Source of the DNA: a virus
Lineage: Duplodnaviria; Caudoviricetes
IMG/VR virus record: IMGVR_UViG_3300025390_000003
Coordinates: 32,001 to 96,000 of that record
DNA length: 64,000 bases
Strand: one strand, 5' to 3'
Each line of letters begins with the position of its first letter. The first letter of the stretch is position 1. The notes beneath the pieces were generated by a model, which made no database searches, was not told where the DNA came from, and saw nothing but the letters and a program-made list of their open reading frames with translations. The position numbers and the translations under genes were made by a program. Below, in pieces: positions 20,420 through 30,863 of this stretch.

Positions 20420-21349
20420 ATGTTGAAATCTGATGAATTTAAAAATCTGTGGTGTGAAAAATATCGACCAAAACAATTTAGTGATTTAATTCTAAGTCCT
20501 GAAGATAAGGAATATTTTCAATCTCTAAAAGACAAACAAGAAATACCGCATTTATTGTTTGTTGGTCCTGCGGGTGTTGGTAAAACTGCATCTAGCAAAA
20601 TTATCGTCACTGATATTTTAGATTGTCAATATCTTTATATCAATGCTTCTGATGAAAACGGTATTGATACTATCCGTAATAAAGTCAATGGATTTGCACA
20701 AACGAAATCTATGGATGGTAAAATGAAAGTTGTATTGTTAGATGAGGCCGATGCTCTTTCAAATTCTGCTATGGACGCTTTAAGAAACGTTATTGAAGAG
20801 TTTGCTAAGAATTGTAGGTTTATTTTCACTGGAAACTACTTACATAAAATCAGCGCACCTATCAAATCGCGTTGCACACCAATAAATCTACTTCCTCCTA
20901 TTAAAGAAATTGGCGAGCGGGTATTTCACATTTTAACAGAAGAAAAAATCAAAGTTCCAGAAGAAGAACGCCATAAATTAATCAAACTGATCAAAGATAA
21001 TTACCCTGACATAAGAAGTATTATTGGAAGACTCCAACAATATTCACATACTGGTATCTTGTGTATTAAAGATATTTCATCTAAAACTATTGCAAAGATA
21101 ATATGCGATAAAATAGTAAAGAAAGAAGACATGTTTAAAATTAGAGAATATGTTATCGAACGAGAAGCAGAATTTTCTACTAACTATTTAAATTTACTAA
21201 AAGAAATGTTTGAAGTTTGGTATAAAGACTCTACATTAAACACTGATGATAAAACAAATAAGTTATTACAATTATCGGAAGGTATGTATAGAGATGCAAT
21301 TGTGATAGACAAAGAAATTAATTGGTTCTCTACTTGTTTGAAGCTATAA
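20420..21349 (+). CDS. gp44: Clamp loader AAA+ subunit (gp44/RFC-like)
   Basis: WCEKYRP, GPAGVGKT, INASDENG, LLDEAD and SRC motifs. Confidence 0.95.
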   Translation: MLKSDEFKNLWCEKYRPKQFSDLILSPEDKEYFQSLKDKQEIPHLLFVGPAGVGKTASSKIIVTDILDCQYLYINASDENGIDTIRNKVNGFAQTKSMDGKMKVVLLDEADALSNSAMDALRNVIEEFAKNCRFIFTGNYLHKISAPIKSRCTPINLLPPIKEIGERVFHILTEEKIKVPEEERHKLIKLIKDNYPDIRSIIGRLQQYSHTGILCIKDISSKTIAKIICDKIVKKEDMFKIREYVIEREAEFSTNYLNLLKEMFEVWYKDSTLNTDDKTNKLLQLSEGMYRDAIVIDKEINWFSTCLKL

Positions 21350-21357
21350 TTATTAAT

Positions 21358-21597
21358 ATGGCGAATTATTTTACAAATATTATTAATGAAGATGGATTAT
21401 TTGTTGGTATAATTTATGATGCAGCAACAACACAGGAAGTAAAAAGAACGGAAAAACTCACTAATAAGAATGATGTTGTGTTGTTGGTGCATGAATATCT
21501 AGCATCACTTTCTAAAGCTAAAAATAATATTAAATCTAGTTCATTGCGTTTTAATAATCCAACAACACCACAGCCTAATAAATGTAAGGTTTGTTAA
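21358..21597 (+). CDS. Hypothetical protein
   Basis: ATG at 21358 just after the gp44 stop; ends CKVC. Confidence 0.55.
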   Translation: MANYFTNIINEDGLFVGIIYDAATTQEVKRTEKLTNKNDVVLLVHEYLASLSKAKNNIKSSSLRFNNPTTPQPNKCKVC

Positions 21598-23345
21598 ATG
21601 TCTCCTTCGTCTTTTGGTATTGCAGTAAAGTTATGAATTTTAACAGCAGTGATATCGTTGTAATATGATGTTCCCTCGAAGATATGTTTAACATCAATAA
21701 CAAAATATTGACCTAATAGTTTATCATCAAAAGTAGAATCAGGATCAGCACCATTTAGTTTATCAATACCGATAAAAACTCCTGTATTTCTTAATGTTAA
21801 TCCTGTAACTCTAAAATTGATACCAGTATTTAAAAATATACCAAGTTTTAATAGATTTTGTATACCATAAGATTGCCTAATTCCATCTTCATCAATACCT
21901 CCATATAAACAAGAAGTTGGATTCATATTAGATAATCCCTTTGTTCTATTAAGATTTATCAAAAAATAATCTTCTTCACTTCCCGTTCCGTTATAAGATG
22001 CTTTATATAAATTCTTGATATATTTTTGTGCAATAAATCTTCTTGATGTTTCTACTCTATTCTCTAACAAATCCAATTTAAACATTCCTGTTTTCACGTC
22101 TGTACTATGAACAGGAGTAGTTTTAAATAATCGAGAATTTACATCACCCGACATATCCAATATGGTATATTTCAATATTTCGCTATATCCTTTTAGTTTA
22201 AAGTCTTTTTTTGCATTATTTGCTTTATTGACTGGAGCACGAACTGGATATACTTTCGCAGAATTTTTAGGATTTGTGCTATTTGTTAATGTATCAGAAA
22301 CAAAAAAATGTTCTCGTTGAAAATCCCCAGGAGTATCACCAGTATTTCCCGCTTTCTCAAAATATTTACTCATAGGTATTAAAGATACCTTACCTAGATA
22401 CATAGGTTGAGACTCCGAAGTTATGTTCATACCTCCAGTATTTCTATCTCTTCCATTGGATAATATACAAAAATCATGAATGTTTGCGCTTCCAGATTTA
22501 GGTTTACCAGATACTGATCCTATTTCTCCTTCGGTAAAAGCTACAGTGTCTGTTATTACACTAGTATGGTGAGATAGTGCATATTCTAAATCATCGGATG
22601 CCATAGAATCCGCAGTTGATGTATAAAATAATTTATCTGATCCATCATCCCACATATCACGTTCTTCGATTTTTGGCAATGCCTCTTGTAGTCCTGATAA
22701 TCTAAACAAATCACGAATTATCCATCCAGTAGCCTTTTTTCCATCCGGTCTACTATTTGGTGCTTCATTTTCTGACGCCATATAACTAGAGTATAATAAA
22801 TTTGTAGTTTTTAACTTTTGATATTTATAATCAACTAAATATAATTTTTTACATTTATTGGTTTGTGATGTTGGCATACCTTCCATACCTACTGGACTAT
22901 CTATATCTTCAATTTTCGTAATCGCAAAGGTATATTCCAATTTCCAATCTGTTATATCTAATCCTTGTGACACTAATGGAGCAAATGATTTTTCATTGGG
23001 TACAATTCTAACATATAAAATATCGTTACCATCATTTTTCAAAACTTTTAGTTTGGTTTTTTGTGCTTTGTTTGTGTTTAATAAATCTATAGTATCTTCC
23101 AACGCAGAACGAAAAACCAATTCTGCATTAGTCCACCATTTCGATAAACTGTCAGCTATAGTAAAACTAATAATACTTTGTGGGCTTAATCCTACTTTAT
23201 ATCTTACTTTTGGAGCATCCGAAGAATTAGGATCAAAAGACCCAAGATCAACATCCATCAAATAAAATTGTATATCATATATGTTATTAGCATAATCATG
23301 AGATATTATTTTATCAAAAATTGAAGTTTGATTATTTGTTGGCAT
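21594..23345 (-). CDS. Probable baseplate hub protein (gp27-like)
   Basis: C-terminal G..LRNTG.FI...KLLGQYFVIDVKHIF; follows gp53. Confidence 0.6.
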   Translation of the reverse strand: MPTNNQTSIFDKIISHDYANNIYDIQFYLMDVDLGSFDPNSSDAPKVRYKVGLSPQSIISFTIADSLSKWWTNAELVFRSALEDTIDLLNTNKAQKTKLKVLKNDGNDILYVRIVPNEKSFAPLVSQGLDITDWKLEYTFAITKIEDIDSPVGMEGMPTSQTNKCKKLYLVDYKYQKLKTTNLLYSSYMASENEAPNSRPDGKKATGWIIRDLFRLSGLQEALPKIEERDMWDDGSDKLFYTSTADSMASDDLEYALSHHTSVITDTVAFTEGEIGSVSGKPKSGSANIHDFCILSNGRDRNTGGMNITSESQPMYLGKVSLIPMSKYFEKAGNTGDTPGDFQREHFFVSDTLTNSTNPKNSAKVYPVRAPVNKANNAKKDFKLKGYSEILKYTILDMSGDVNSRLFKTTPVHSTDVKTGMFKLDLLENRVETSRRFIAQKYIKNLYKASYNGTGSEEDYFLINLNRTKGLSNMNPTSCLYGGIDEDGIRQSYGIQNLLKLGIFLNTGINFRVTGLTLRNTGVFIGIDKLNGADPDSTFDDKLLGQYFVIDVKHIFEGTSYYNDITAVKIHNFTAIPKDEGDI

Positions 23346-23346
23346 T

Positions 23347-23691
23347 TTATTGTATAAGTTGTGTTAAAATTTCTTGCACTACTTGCGTTGTTGGTATTTT
23401 AAGAACTGTTCCTGGTATCAATGGAGCAAGAGGATTATCAATTTTATTCGCAAGTAAAATAATCCACCATAAATCTATAGTATCATAATTGCGATATGAA
23501 ACCAAAGGCCACGCATCTTGAGGAGTTATAACATATTGAGTAAAAAACGAATCTGGTAAATTATCAGGAAATATTATAGATTGTAATAAATTATAAAAAT
23601 AATATCCACTATCATCTTGATAAACATTAAAAACATTTTCAAAACGTGTAGCTTTTATATTAGGTAACTCGTATATTAAATTTTGGTTCAT
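23347..23691 (-). CDS. gp53: Baseplate wedge gp53-like (LysM-like)
   Basis: SYRNYDTIDLWWIILLANKIDNP....PGTVLKIP. Confidence 0.85.
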   Translation of the reverse strand: MNQNLIYELPNIKATRFENVFNVYQDDSGYYFYNLLQSIIFPDNLPDSFFTQYVITPQDAWPLVSYRNYDTIDLWWIILLANKIDNPLAPLIPGTVLKIPTTQVVQEILTQLIQ

Positions 23692-23693
23692 AA

Positions 23694-24806
23694 TTATCGT
23701 CCTCCAATATATGGATTAGTTATAGAATCGCTGATAGATGGTTGAGAAAACGATTTTGCAATTCCTACTGGTGCTTGTGGTTGTCTTAATGGAGATGATG
23801 GAAGTTGTGTTGATTGGGTTTGTGTTGTTATTTTATTATTTTCTTTAAAAACTCTATTCAATAAATTCCTACTAGGCATAACCATATCAGTTAATGTAAT
23901 AGAAATCTCATATGCATCAGGAATATTAGCCTCCATGCCATTATCCAATATCATCCTTCTTATATTTCCCCTATTTTGAATTTTTAAATCTGAAATATAT
24001 GAACCGATTGAAGAATACTGACCAGGAATATTAACCATATAAAATACTGGAGGATACGCGGAAATGAATGTTATTTTTGCGTATAAATTTTGATATACAA
24101 TTTGATTACAAAATTCCCAATTCCTAAGAATATCACTAGATTTTATAGTATTAAACAGATAAAAATTTATAGTAAAAGTTTTATTTCCTGTGTTCTGCCA
24201 AATCATAGGTTTATCTAAAAATCCGGTTTTTGGATATTTGATACCTTCCGCGAATATTGCTGCTCCTGCAACCATATCAACACCATCACCAAGAATTTTT
24301 ACCCCTTCTCCAAATTTTCCTGATTGTGCTGCACTTTTTACCTTTTCTATCGCATCAGAAGCTGCCCATGTATTATTAACGCTAAAATTATCTTCAGTAT
24401 AATATGGAAACCAATAATTATAGTTAGTTGGTGCGCTATAATCAAACATACCTTCATATGCAACGTCTTTATTACTATGTTTTGAAAAATGTGATGTTAC
24501 ATCCACACTATTCAACAATCCGCCACCAACAGCCTTTACATTACTAGAATAATAACTAAAAGCATTTGTCAACATACTTTTTGTCATTTGATACTCTTGT
24601 AGATAAATTACTGGAGTTTTATTTTTCAATGCTTCTGTCATTGGTGATAATGTCCACGTATAATCATTAACGATATCCACATTTGTTAATGATTTTGCTC
24701 TTAACACCATCGATTCTAATACGTTACTTTCTACATTAGCATTAAATATGTCTATTTGTTTTTGATACCACGCAAGGTCTTGTGTTGTATTATTAGGTTC
24801 ACTCAT
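23694..24806 (-). CDS. Baseplate tail-tube cap (gp48-like)
   Basis: KTFTINFYLFNT...YPPVF...ISITLTDM tube-like fold; located between tape measure and gp53. Confidence 0.55.
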   Translation of the reverse strand: MSEPNNTTQDLAWYQKQIDIFNANVESNVLESMVLRAKSLTNVDIVNDYTWTLSPMTEALKNKTPVIYLQEYQMTKSMLTNAFSYYSSNVKAVGGGLLNSVDVTSHFSKHSNKDVAYEGMFDYSAPTNYNYWFPYYTEDNFSVNNTWAASDAIEKVKSAAQSGKFGEGVKILGDGVDMVAGAAIFAEGIKYPKTGFLDKPMIWQNTGNKTFTINFYLFNTIKSSDILRNWEFCNQIVYQNLYAKITFISAYPPVFYMVNIPGQYSSIGSYISDLKIQNRGNIRRMILDNGMEANIPDAYEISITLTDMVMPSRNLLNRVFKENNKITTQTQSTQLPSSPLRQPQAPVGIAKSFSQPSISDSITNPYIGGR

Positions 24807-24810
24807 AATA

Positions 24811-27105
24811 TTAAGCGTATATTGAAGTTAAGAATTGGTTACGAACAGCATCTATAGCACTTGCAGTAGATTCTAATGCTTGCGCTTTCTGTTCTTGTTT
24901 TTGTTGTGTTGGATATACATTTACTCCTTGGGAATTTATTTGTTTACTCAATACTTCGATTAAAGCAAACATAGATTCCCCCAAAACTTTTAATCCGTTA
25001 TTTGCATTACCAGTGTTTTTATCAATGGATTCTAAAACTTTTGTATTATCTATATCACCACCACTTTTACCCAACATTTTATCGATTGCACCACCCGCTT
25101 TAAACCCAATAACAGAATCTTCACTGGAGAATTTAATAGTAGGAGAATTTGGACGAGAAATGAAATCATCAGCTTTATCTATATTATTTGGAGAAGCTTT
25201 AGTTTGTTCTTTTTCGTTTCCACCACCCGTTATATATTTCCATGCGTTAGCAACTTTATCTTTTACATTACCAATTATTTTAGAACCAATTTTTTTAACA
25301 TTTTCCACTACAGAATCTTTAATCCATGTTATCATATCCTCCAACACATCAAAACTATTCGCTACTTGGGATTCTCCTCCTGTTGCTGCATTAGTTTCTT
25401 TTAATAACCCAAATGCATCTAATACCATACCAACAACAGGAATTGCATGAGCTAAACTTATAAAACCTTCTTTATAATTTCCTTGTTTGAATTGTTCTAT
25501 AGAATTTATCAAAGATCCGATAAAAGGAATGTTACTAAGATTTTCCTTCATCCAATCATACATCATTGAAATACCATCCGTGACAAAATTAAATCCACTA
25601 TCTACTGTCGATCTTATATCTGATGCTGTAGCTTTTGCGTTATCATCATCCATACCAAAAGCACTTAATATAGAATCAATGGATGGAATACAATCACCCA
25701 AACGTTTAAAACCTTCTTTATAATTTCCTTGTTTGAATTGTTCTATAGAATTTATCAAAGATCCGATAAAAGGAATGTTACTAAGATTTTCCTTCATCCA
25801 ATCATACATCATTGAAATACCATCCGTGACAAAATTAAATCCACTATCTACTGTCGATCTTATATCTGATGCTGTAGCTTTTGCGTTATCATCATCCATA
25901 CCAAAAGCACTTAATATAGAATCAATGGATGGAATACAATCACCCAAACGTTTAAAACCTTCTTTATAATTTCCTCCAGAAAAAAGACCAATAGCATCAA
26001 CTAACGGACCAATAACTGGAAGGTCTTTTACTTTTTCTCCTATCCATTTACCAAAATCTTTAAGATACCCCATTATGATCAACCCCTTTCCTTTTCCACC
26101 GCCAGAAGGAGTTCCACCAGCTTTTACATCTAAAAACATATTGAGTGCGTCTATCGCATACGAAAGCACTGTTCCTAATCCTGGAACAGCCAAATTAACA
26201 CTATTTGCTAATGCTGATAGCAAATCCAATATACCACCAACAATATCACCTTGCTTAAATCTAGAAATCGCAAATCCCATACTGATTATCCCACCAAGAA
26301 CAGGAACCCCTTTAATACTTTTTGCTAAAAATCCTGCTACTTTACCGAAAATAGTTTTCAAAACCCCCTTTCCTGCTGATTTTTCCAACACAACAGCACC
26401 TTCCTTCGCAACACCACCACCAAAAAGACCCTTTAATCCACTAAATGCTTTACCAAAAATTCCCTTTACGGATTTACCAATAGCACCAAAAATTTTAGCA
26501 GGAAACTTCATAAAAGATTTGATATTCTTTAAAAATGTAGTTGCTGCCTTTTCCATCAATTTCAAACCACCTTGTATCCCAACTCGACTAACAAGTTTCA
26601 ACAATCCTTTAAACGGACCATCGGTTTCTAATCCCTTAACCAACGCAAAAATACCACCAGCAAGCAACGCAAGACCACCCAAAAATGCCATACCCCCCCC
26701 TCCACCTTTATCCGGTTCTTTATCCGGTTCTTTATCAGGAATTTTTTTACTAACAAAAGAAGGCAACACATCCTTCAATTCATGTAATCCTTCCTGTGTA
26801 AATCCTCCAATTGTAACAACCTTTGGCTTATCATCAGTATCTGTAATAGTCTTAGTTTCTTTATTTACATTATTCGCAGTTTTACCAATTCCAATATCAC
26901 TAAATAACTTACTTAAGGTATTTTTATCTTCTATATTATTATTTTTTGTAGAATTTGTTGTTGGAGTATTGTCTTTAATTTTAAGCGCAGCAACCTTACT
27001 TTCAATAGTTTTTGAAAGTTTATCCACAAATGTCTTACCAATCCCTTCAAAAAAAGAGTTTGGTAAAATTTTTGTAATGTCTATTGGTTGTGCTGCTGTT
27101 GCCAT
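24811..27105 (-). CDS. Tape measure protein
   Basis: G/A/K-rich helical repeats (IPFIG, LPVIGP) inside the tail module. Confidence 0.75.
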   Translation of the reverse strand: MATAAQPIDITKILPNSFFEGIGKTFVDKLSKTIESKVAALKIKDNTPTTNSTKNNNIEDKNTLSKLFSDIGIGKTANNVNKETKTITDTDDKPKVVTIGGFTQEGLHELKDVLPSFVSKKIPDKEPDKEPDKGGGGGMAFLGGLALLAGGIFALVKGLETDGPFKGLLKLVSRVGIQGGLKLMEKAATTFLKNIKSFMKFPAKIFGAIGKSVKGIFGKAFSGLKGLFGGGVAKEGAVVLEKSAGKGVLKTIFGKVAGFLAKSIKGVPVLGGIISMGFAISRFKQGDIVGGILDLLSALANSVNLAVPGLGTVLSYAIDALNMFLDVKAGGTPSGGGKGKGLIIMGYLKDFGKWIGEKVKDLPVIGPLVDAIGLFSGGNYKEGFKRLGDCIPSIDSILSAFGMDDDNAKATASDIRSTVDSGFNFVTDGISMMYDWMKENLSNIPFIGSLINSIEQFKQGNYKEGFKRLGDCIPSIDSILSAFGMDDDNAKATASDIRSTVDSGFNFVTDGISMMYDWMKENLSNIPFIGSLINSIEQFKQGNYKEGFISLAHAIPVVGMVLDAFGLLKETNAATGGESQVANSFDVLEDMITWIKDSVVENVKKIGSKIIGNVKDKVANAWKYITGGGNEKEQTKASPNNIDKADDFISRPNSPTIKFSSEDSVIGFKAGGAIDKMLGKSGGDIDNTKVLESIDKNTGNANNGLKVLGESMFALIEVLSKQINSQGVNVYPTQQKQEQKAQALESTASAIDAVRNQFLTSIYA
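25461..25975. repeat. Exact 246-bp tandem duplication (82 aa) in the tape measure gene
   Basis: Unit taaaaccttctttataatttcc recurs at 25461, 25707 and 25953; identical 78-aa antisense ORFs lie 246 bp apart. Confidence 0.95.
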
Positions 27106-27186
27106 AATAAATAGGTATTACTATTATTTATTATGGATTTAATGAAATATAACAAAATTAGAACATTCTTAATAAATATTAAAAAT

Positions 27187-27609
27187 ATGAACAATTTTGA
27201 TGAATTATATCTAGAAATCTTAAATAAAATATCGTCACCAAAAATAATCACTACATATAAGGGCTTTGAAGGGAAAATCGACCCAACACAATACAATTCA
27301 AAAGAAAATATTATATATGTTAAACCTTCTTATAACCAGAAAAGTGATCCAGAAGGATGGATGGTTCATGAATATTCTCATGCGGATTCAAACGCAAAAG
27401 GAATTAAAGATGATAATAAACAATATCCCACAAACAATATTGAAATTTTGGCGTATACAAAACAATTCAAATGGTTAAAAGAAACGGGAAAATGTAGAAA
27501 ATTCAAAGATTTGAAAGATGTTAAAAAATTCCCCACATTAGCACAAAAATTCACAAGATATGATGGAGAATACGAACCAATACTAAAGAAATGTTGGGAT
27601 AATGCATAA
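27187..27609 (+). CDS. Putative zincin metallopeptidase (start reassigned to MNNFDELY)
   Basis: MVHEYSH...YPTNNIEILAY (HExxH...E); TAAATA at 27173. Confidence 0.6.
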   Translation: MNNFDELYLEILNKISSPKIITTYKGFEGKIDPTQYNSKENIIYVKPSYNQKSDPEGWMVHEYSHADSNAKGIKDDNKQYPTNNIEILAYTKQFKWLKETGKCRKFKDLKDVKKFPTLAQKFTRYDGEYEPILKKCWDNA

Positions 27610-27611
27610 AC

Positions 27612-27648
27612 GAACAATGCCAATAATATTTGATTATTGGCATTGTTC
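27612..27648. terminator. Hairpin terminator between convergent genes
   Basis: gaacaatgccaataat / attattggcattgttc perfect 16-bp inverted repeat. Confidence 0.8.
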
Positions 27649-27654
27649 AAATTT

Positions 27655-28110
27655 CTATTTTATAAGAAACCTTAAAGTTCTTATGTTTTCATCATAAGTA
27701 TAATTTATATAATCAGGATGAATGCGACGTAATCCATCAGCAATATAATAAACATATAATCCCTTACTATCTTTATCGGATTTTATAAAACTACTCATTT
27801 CTTCTTCCGTATTAAAATGTTTACTCATAACTTCATGAATTTTACCACCATAACTTACGATTGGACTTATAATATAACCCGATATGAAATCTTTATATTC
27901 TGATATATCATATCTTATGTTGAAGAATTCAGTTTTGTGTGACGAATTTATTTTTACCCATTCGTCATAATCGTAAATGATTCCGGCATCTGGAATTCCT
28001 TCTCCTTGTTCAAACTTCAATTCTCCCATTTCTTTTCCTAGTTCATAAATCACTGGAACTATATTTTCTGTCATATTATTTGTTGTTGTCATATTATTTG
28101 TTGTTGTCAT
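27655..28110 (-). CDS. Hypothetical protein with N-terminal 18-bp tandem repeat
   Basis: MTTTNN-MTTTNN-MT start. Confidence 0.65.
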   Translation of the reverse strand: MTTTNNMTTTNNMTENIVPVIYELGKEMGELKFEQGEGIPDAGIIYDYDEWVKINSSHKTEFFNIRYDISEYKDFISGYIISPIVSYGGKIHEVMSKHFNTEEEMSSFIKSDKDSKGLYVYYIADGLRRIHPDYINYTYDENIRTLRFLIK

Positions 28111-28113
28111 ATT
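28068..28113. repeat. 18-bp tandem repeat, about 2.5 copies
   Basis: (tgtcatattatttgttgt) repeated. Confidence 0.9.
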
Positions 28114-28192
28114 TTAATATTTATAATTTCTATATTTTCTGGAATTTGTTTCATATGTTTGTATTTTATCATATTTCCATAGTTTGTCAACT

Positions 28193-29047
28193 TTAATCAT
28201 TGAAAAAAGAAGCATCCATCGGAAGTTCCCTTTTCAATTGCGCCACAACATCATTACCTTCCACATCCTTTTTAACAACTTCCACACTTATACTTGTCAA
28301 TTTTTCAGTAAGTGTCTTAAAATTTTCCATATATTTCAGAATCTTATTAATTATCGTCGTTGGAAATTTTGACACTATTGAAATTCTAGTTTTAAAATCT
28401 AATGTATCAAAATCAATTATCTGACCATCCGTAACCGATAAAGTCTTAATATATTTAGTAACTTCATTTATAAAAGCATTACCTACCAATTCCCTTAAAT
28501 CTTCTGATGTCTTAAGTTCAGATTTCGCAAGCTTTCCAACCTCATTCTCTAACTTATTTTCTGTTTTAATATTAGGAACGCCACAGACTATCTTATATGG
28601 AGGAACATCATCAATAATCAGTGTCTCAATCGCTCCCAAACCCTCTACAAAGCGTTCTAATACATCCGACAGGTCAACCACACCATCCTCTACAATCAAC
28701 CCATTTTCTTCAATTTCTTCCTTAGTATATTTAAAATTATAATCTTTAGATATACTGTTTATTCGTAATGTAACAAAATAAATAATCTTATCTAATGCTG
28801 TTAAATCATCAACTTTAAATGTTTCAGTAGTTATCACATTTTCCTTCATTATTTCATTAAAAGTAAGATTGAAAATAGATGTCTGTAATGGAGAATCAAC
28901 TAAACTTTTATACAACCGCTTTAATTGATCTGTGTTTAAAATTTTTGAAGGGATATTAACACCCAAAGAAGGAGCAAAAAATTCAAATGTGATTGTATCG
29001 TTAATTGTATCTAACGAACTTAAAATATTCTTAACATCTTGATTCAT
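28193..29047 (-). CDS. Baseplate hub assembly protein (gp26-like)
   Basis: LTALDKIIYFVTLRINSIS motif; tail module position. Confidence 0.6.
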   Translation of the reverse strand: MNQDVKNILSSLDTINDTITFEFFAPSLGVNIPSKILNTDQLKRLYKSLVDSPLQTSIFNLTFNEIMKENVITTETFKVDDLTALDKIIYFVTLRINSISKDYNFKYTKEEIEENGLIVEDGVVDLSDVLERFVEGLGAIETLIIDDVPPYKIVCGVPNIKTENKLENEVGKLAKSELKTSEDLRELVGNAFINEVTKYIKTLSVTDGQIIDFDTLDFKTRISIVSKFPTTIINKILKYMENFKTLTEKLTSISVEVVKKDVEGNDVVAQLKRELPMDASFFND

Positions 29048-29073
29048 AATTATTATATTTAATAGCCATATTG

Positions 29074-30015
29074 TTATAAATCAACATAAGAATCGTCATT
29101 TATCGCAGTTTGTTCTCCTATATTTGAAGATTCTTGATTTGAATTTTCTTTCTGTATTGACATTTCCAACCGTTTTACAAATATTTGAAATTCTCCTGGT
29201 GTGCAATTTTCTACATATTCCGCAGACATATTAACATTCTTCGATAAATTATATATGTTATCATATAGAGATAATAAATCATCCAAAAATAAAATCTTGA
29301 CCAAAAATGAAAGATTATATACATTAACGTCTATTGGAATATTATACGTATCTGATATCATTTTATTGTTTAATATATCTAAAATATTAACACTCTTAAT
29401 ATTTAATATTTGTTGTTGTGTAGTTTTTAACAATTTGGTCGTTACTATTACTGGCAACTTACTAAATATTGCGCTTCTTTCTTCTATTGAAAGGTTTTTA
29501 TTTATTTCTAAGTTTAAAGTTTTGAATTTGGAACTTTTAATAAACTTTATAAAGATTATACCATCCAACCCAATGTCTGTCAAATTTAAATACGATAAAA
29601 GTTCGAAAATCGTTGGAAGTCGCAATTCAATTTCAAAATCTCCTGCTTGTATATACTTTGTTTGTATAAATGATTTCTTCACATCCTCAAACTTAGATAT
29701 TATTTTATTGATATCTAATGTAATTTTAGTTGGCATATCATTTTGAGTAAGCGTTAAATTTAAAACATTACCCAAACTAATACTACGTAAATTGAATAAT
29801 AATATAAAAAAGTCTATAAAATCCAATTCATCTAAATCTTGTGCTGAAAGTTCTACACGTTCTTGTAATATATTCCTAAGATTTAAAAATATAATCTTTG
29901 GATTTGGAACATCACCAAATAAACTTTTCAGTATTATTTTATAGTCCTTCACAAGAAGTTCTGAATATTGAATTTCTTTACCAAAAATATCAACAGTATT
30001 TAAAAATTTTGACAT
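29074..30015 (-). CDS. Baseplate hub assembly protein (gp26/gp51-like)
   Basis: LDFIDFFILLFNLRSISLG, IELRLPT and C-terminal YVENCTPGE. Confidence 0.65.
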   Translation of the reverse strand: MSKFLNTVDIFGKEIQYSELLVKDYKIILKSLFGDVPNPKIIFLNLRNILQERVELSAQDLDELDFIDFFILLFNLRSISLGNVLNLTLTQNDMPTKITLDINKIISKFEDVKKSFIQTKYIQAGDFEIELRLPTIFELLSYLNLTDIGLDGIIFIKFIKSSKFKTLNLEINKNLSIEERSAIFSKLPVIVTTKLLKTTQQQILNIKSVNILDILNNKMISDTYNIPIDVNVYNLSFLVKILFLDDLLSLYDNIYNLSKNVNMSAEYVENCTPGEFQIFVKRLEMSIQKENSNQESSNIGEQTAINDDSYVDL

Positions 30016-30021
30016 TTACTA

Positions 30022-30831
30022 TTACAAATTTATCCCTGCGTTTATCGATAATCCATTTCTTGTCGTTAATCCCACATTTATAGAGTTTTCATAACTTGCG
30101 GATTCACTAGGAAAAAATGGAGGATTCCCATCAAATTTACCGTTTGCAATAATATCAGCACTGGAATCTATGTTGTAATAATTATATGCAAATGTAGAGA
30201 TTCTAATATGTGGTGCGGATGCTGCTGTGTAATTTTGTTCTTCTCCAGATATACTTACTGGACATACACCATAAAAACTATATTTTTGTCGAATATGTGG
30301 TGCAATTCCAAGAGAGGTCACACCTAATTTATAAACATATATATTAGTTCTATAATCCAAATCACTACCTTTAGGATATGCAATCATACCTAAATGTGAA
30401 GTCACTATCGTCCAAGGTCGCAACACATTTTCCGTAAAACTAACATTATTATCAACAAATGTTATTCTTAACGTATCAAAATCCTGTCTACCACCACCTA
30501 CGGTAGTTCGTATCAATCCTCCATACTGTGTCCCAACTGGATTTGGAGTAAACCCATCACTTGGTAATGTAACTGCTTGCGCAAACATACACCCTTTGTT
30601 AAATTGAAATACGGGCATTGTTGCAGTTTTTAATGCATTCTGTATATTCCACCCCTGTCCTCCAAATTTCGGTTCGTATTTCGCAACATTACCAATTACA
30701 CTAGGAAATTCATCAAAATATATAATCCATTGTGCTCCTTTTGGTAACGCGCCAGCAGGTTTCGACAATACTTGACTGAAAAAGTATCCTATTTGTTCGG
30801 AATTTTGACTGTAATATGCGGATTCTGCCAT
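30022..30831 (-). CDS. Tail tube initiator (gp54-like)
   Basis: AQAVTLP, LRITFVD and YSFYGVCPVSI tube-family motifs. Confidence 0.6.
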   Translation of the reverse strand: MAESAYYSQNSEQIGYFFSQVLSKPAGALPKGAQWIIYFDEFPSVIGNVAKYEPKFGGQGWNIQNALKTATMPVFQFNKGCMFAQAVTLPSDGFTPNPVGTQYGGLIRTTVGGGRQDFDTLRITFVDNNVSFTENVLRPWTIVTSHLGMIAYPKGSDLDYRTNIYVYKLGVTSLGIAPHIRQKYSFYGVCPVSISGEEQNYTAASAPHIRISTFAYNYYNIDSSADIIANGKFDGNPPFFPSESASYENSINVGLTTRNGLSINAGINL

Positions 30832-30863
30832 AATAATATAACTACTTATTATGGAATTTTAAA

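Noticed and set aside
26707-26739. 12-bp repeat (PDKEPDKEPDK) and poly-Gly in the tape measure gene
   Set aside because: Ordinary low-complexity linker
26075-27142. 355-aa + strand ORF
   Set aside because: Antisense shadow of the Gly/Lys-rich tape measure gene; Pro/Phe-rich mirror composition
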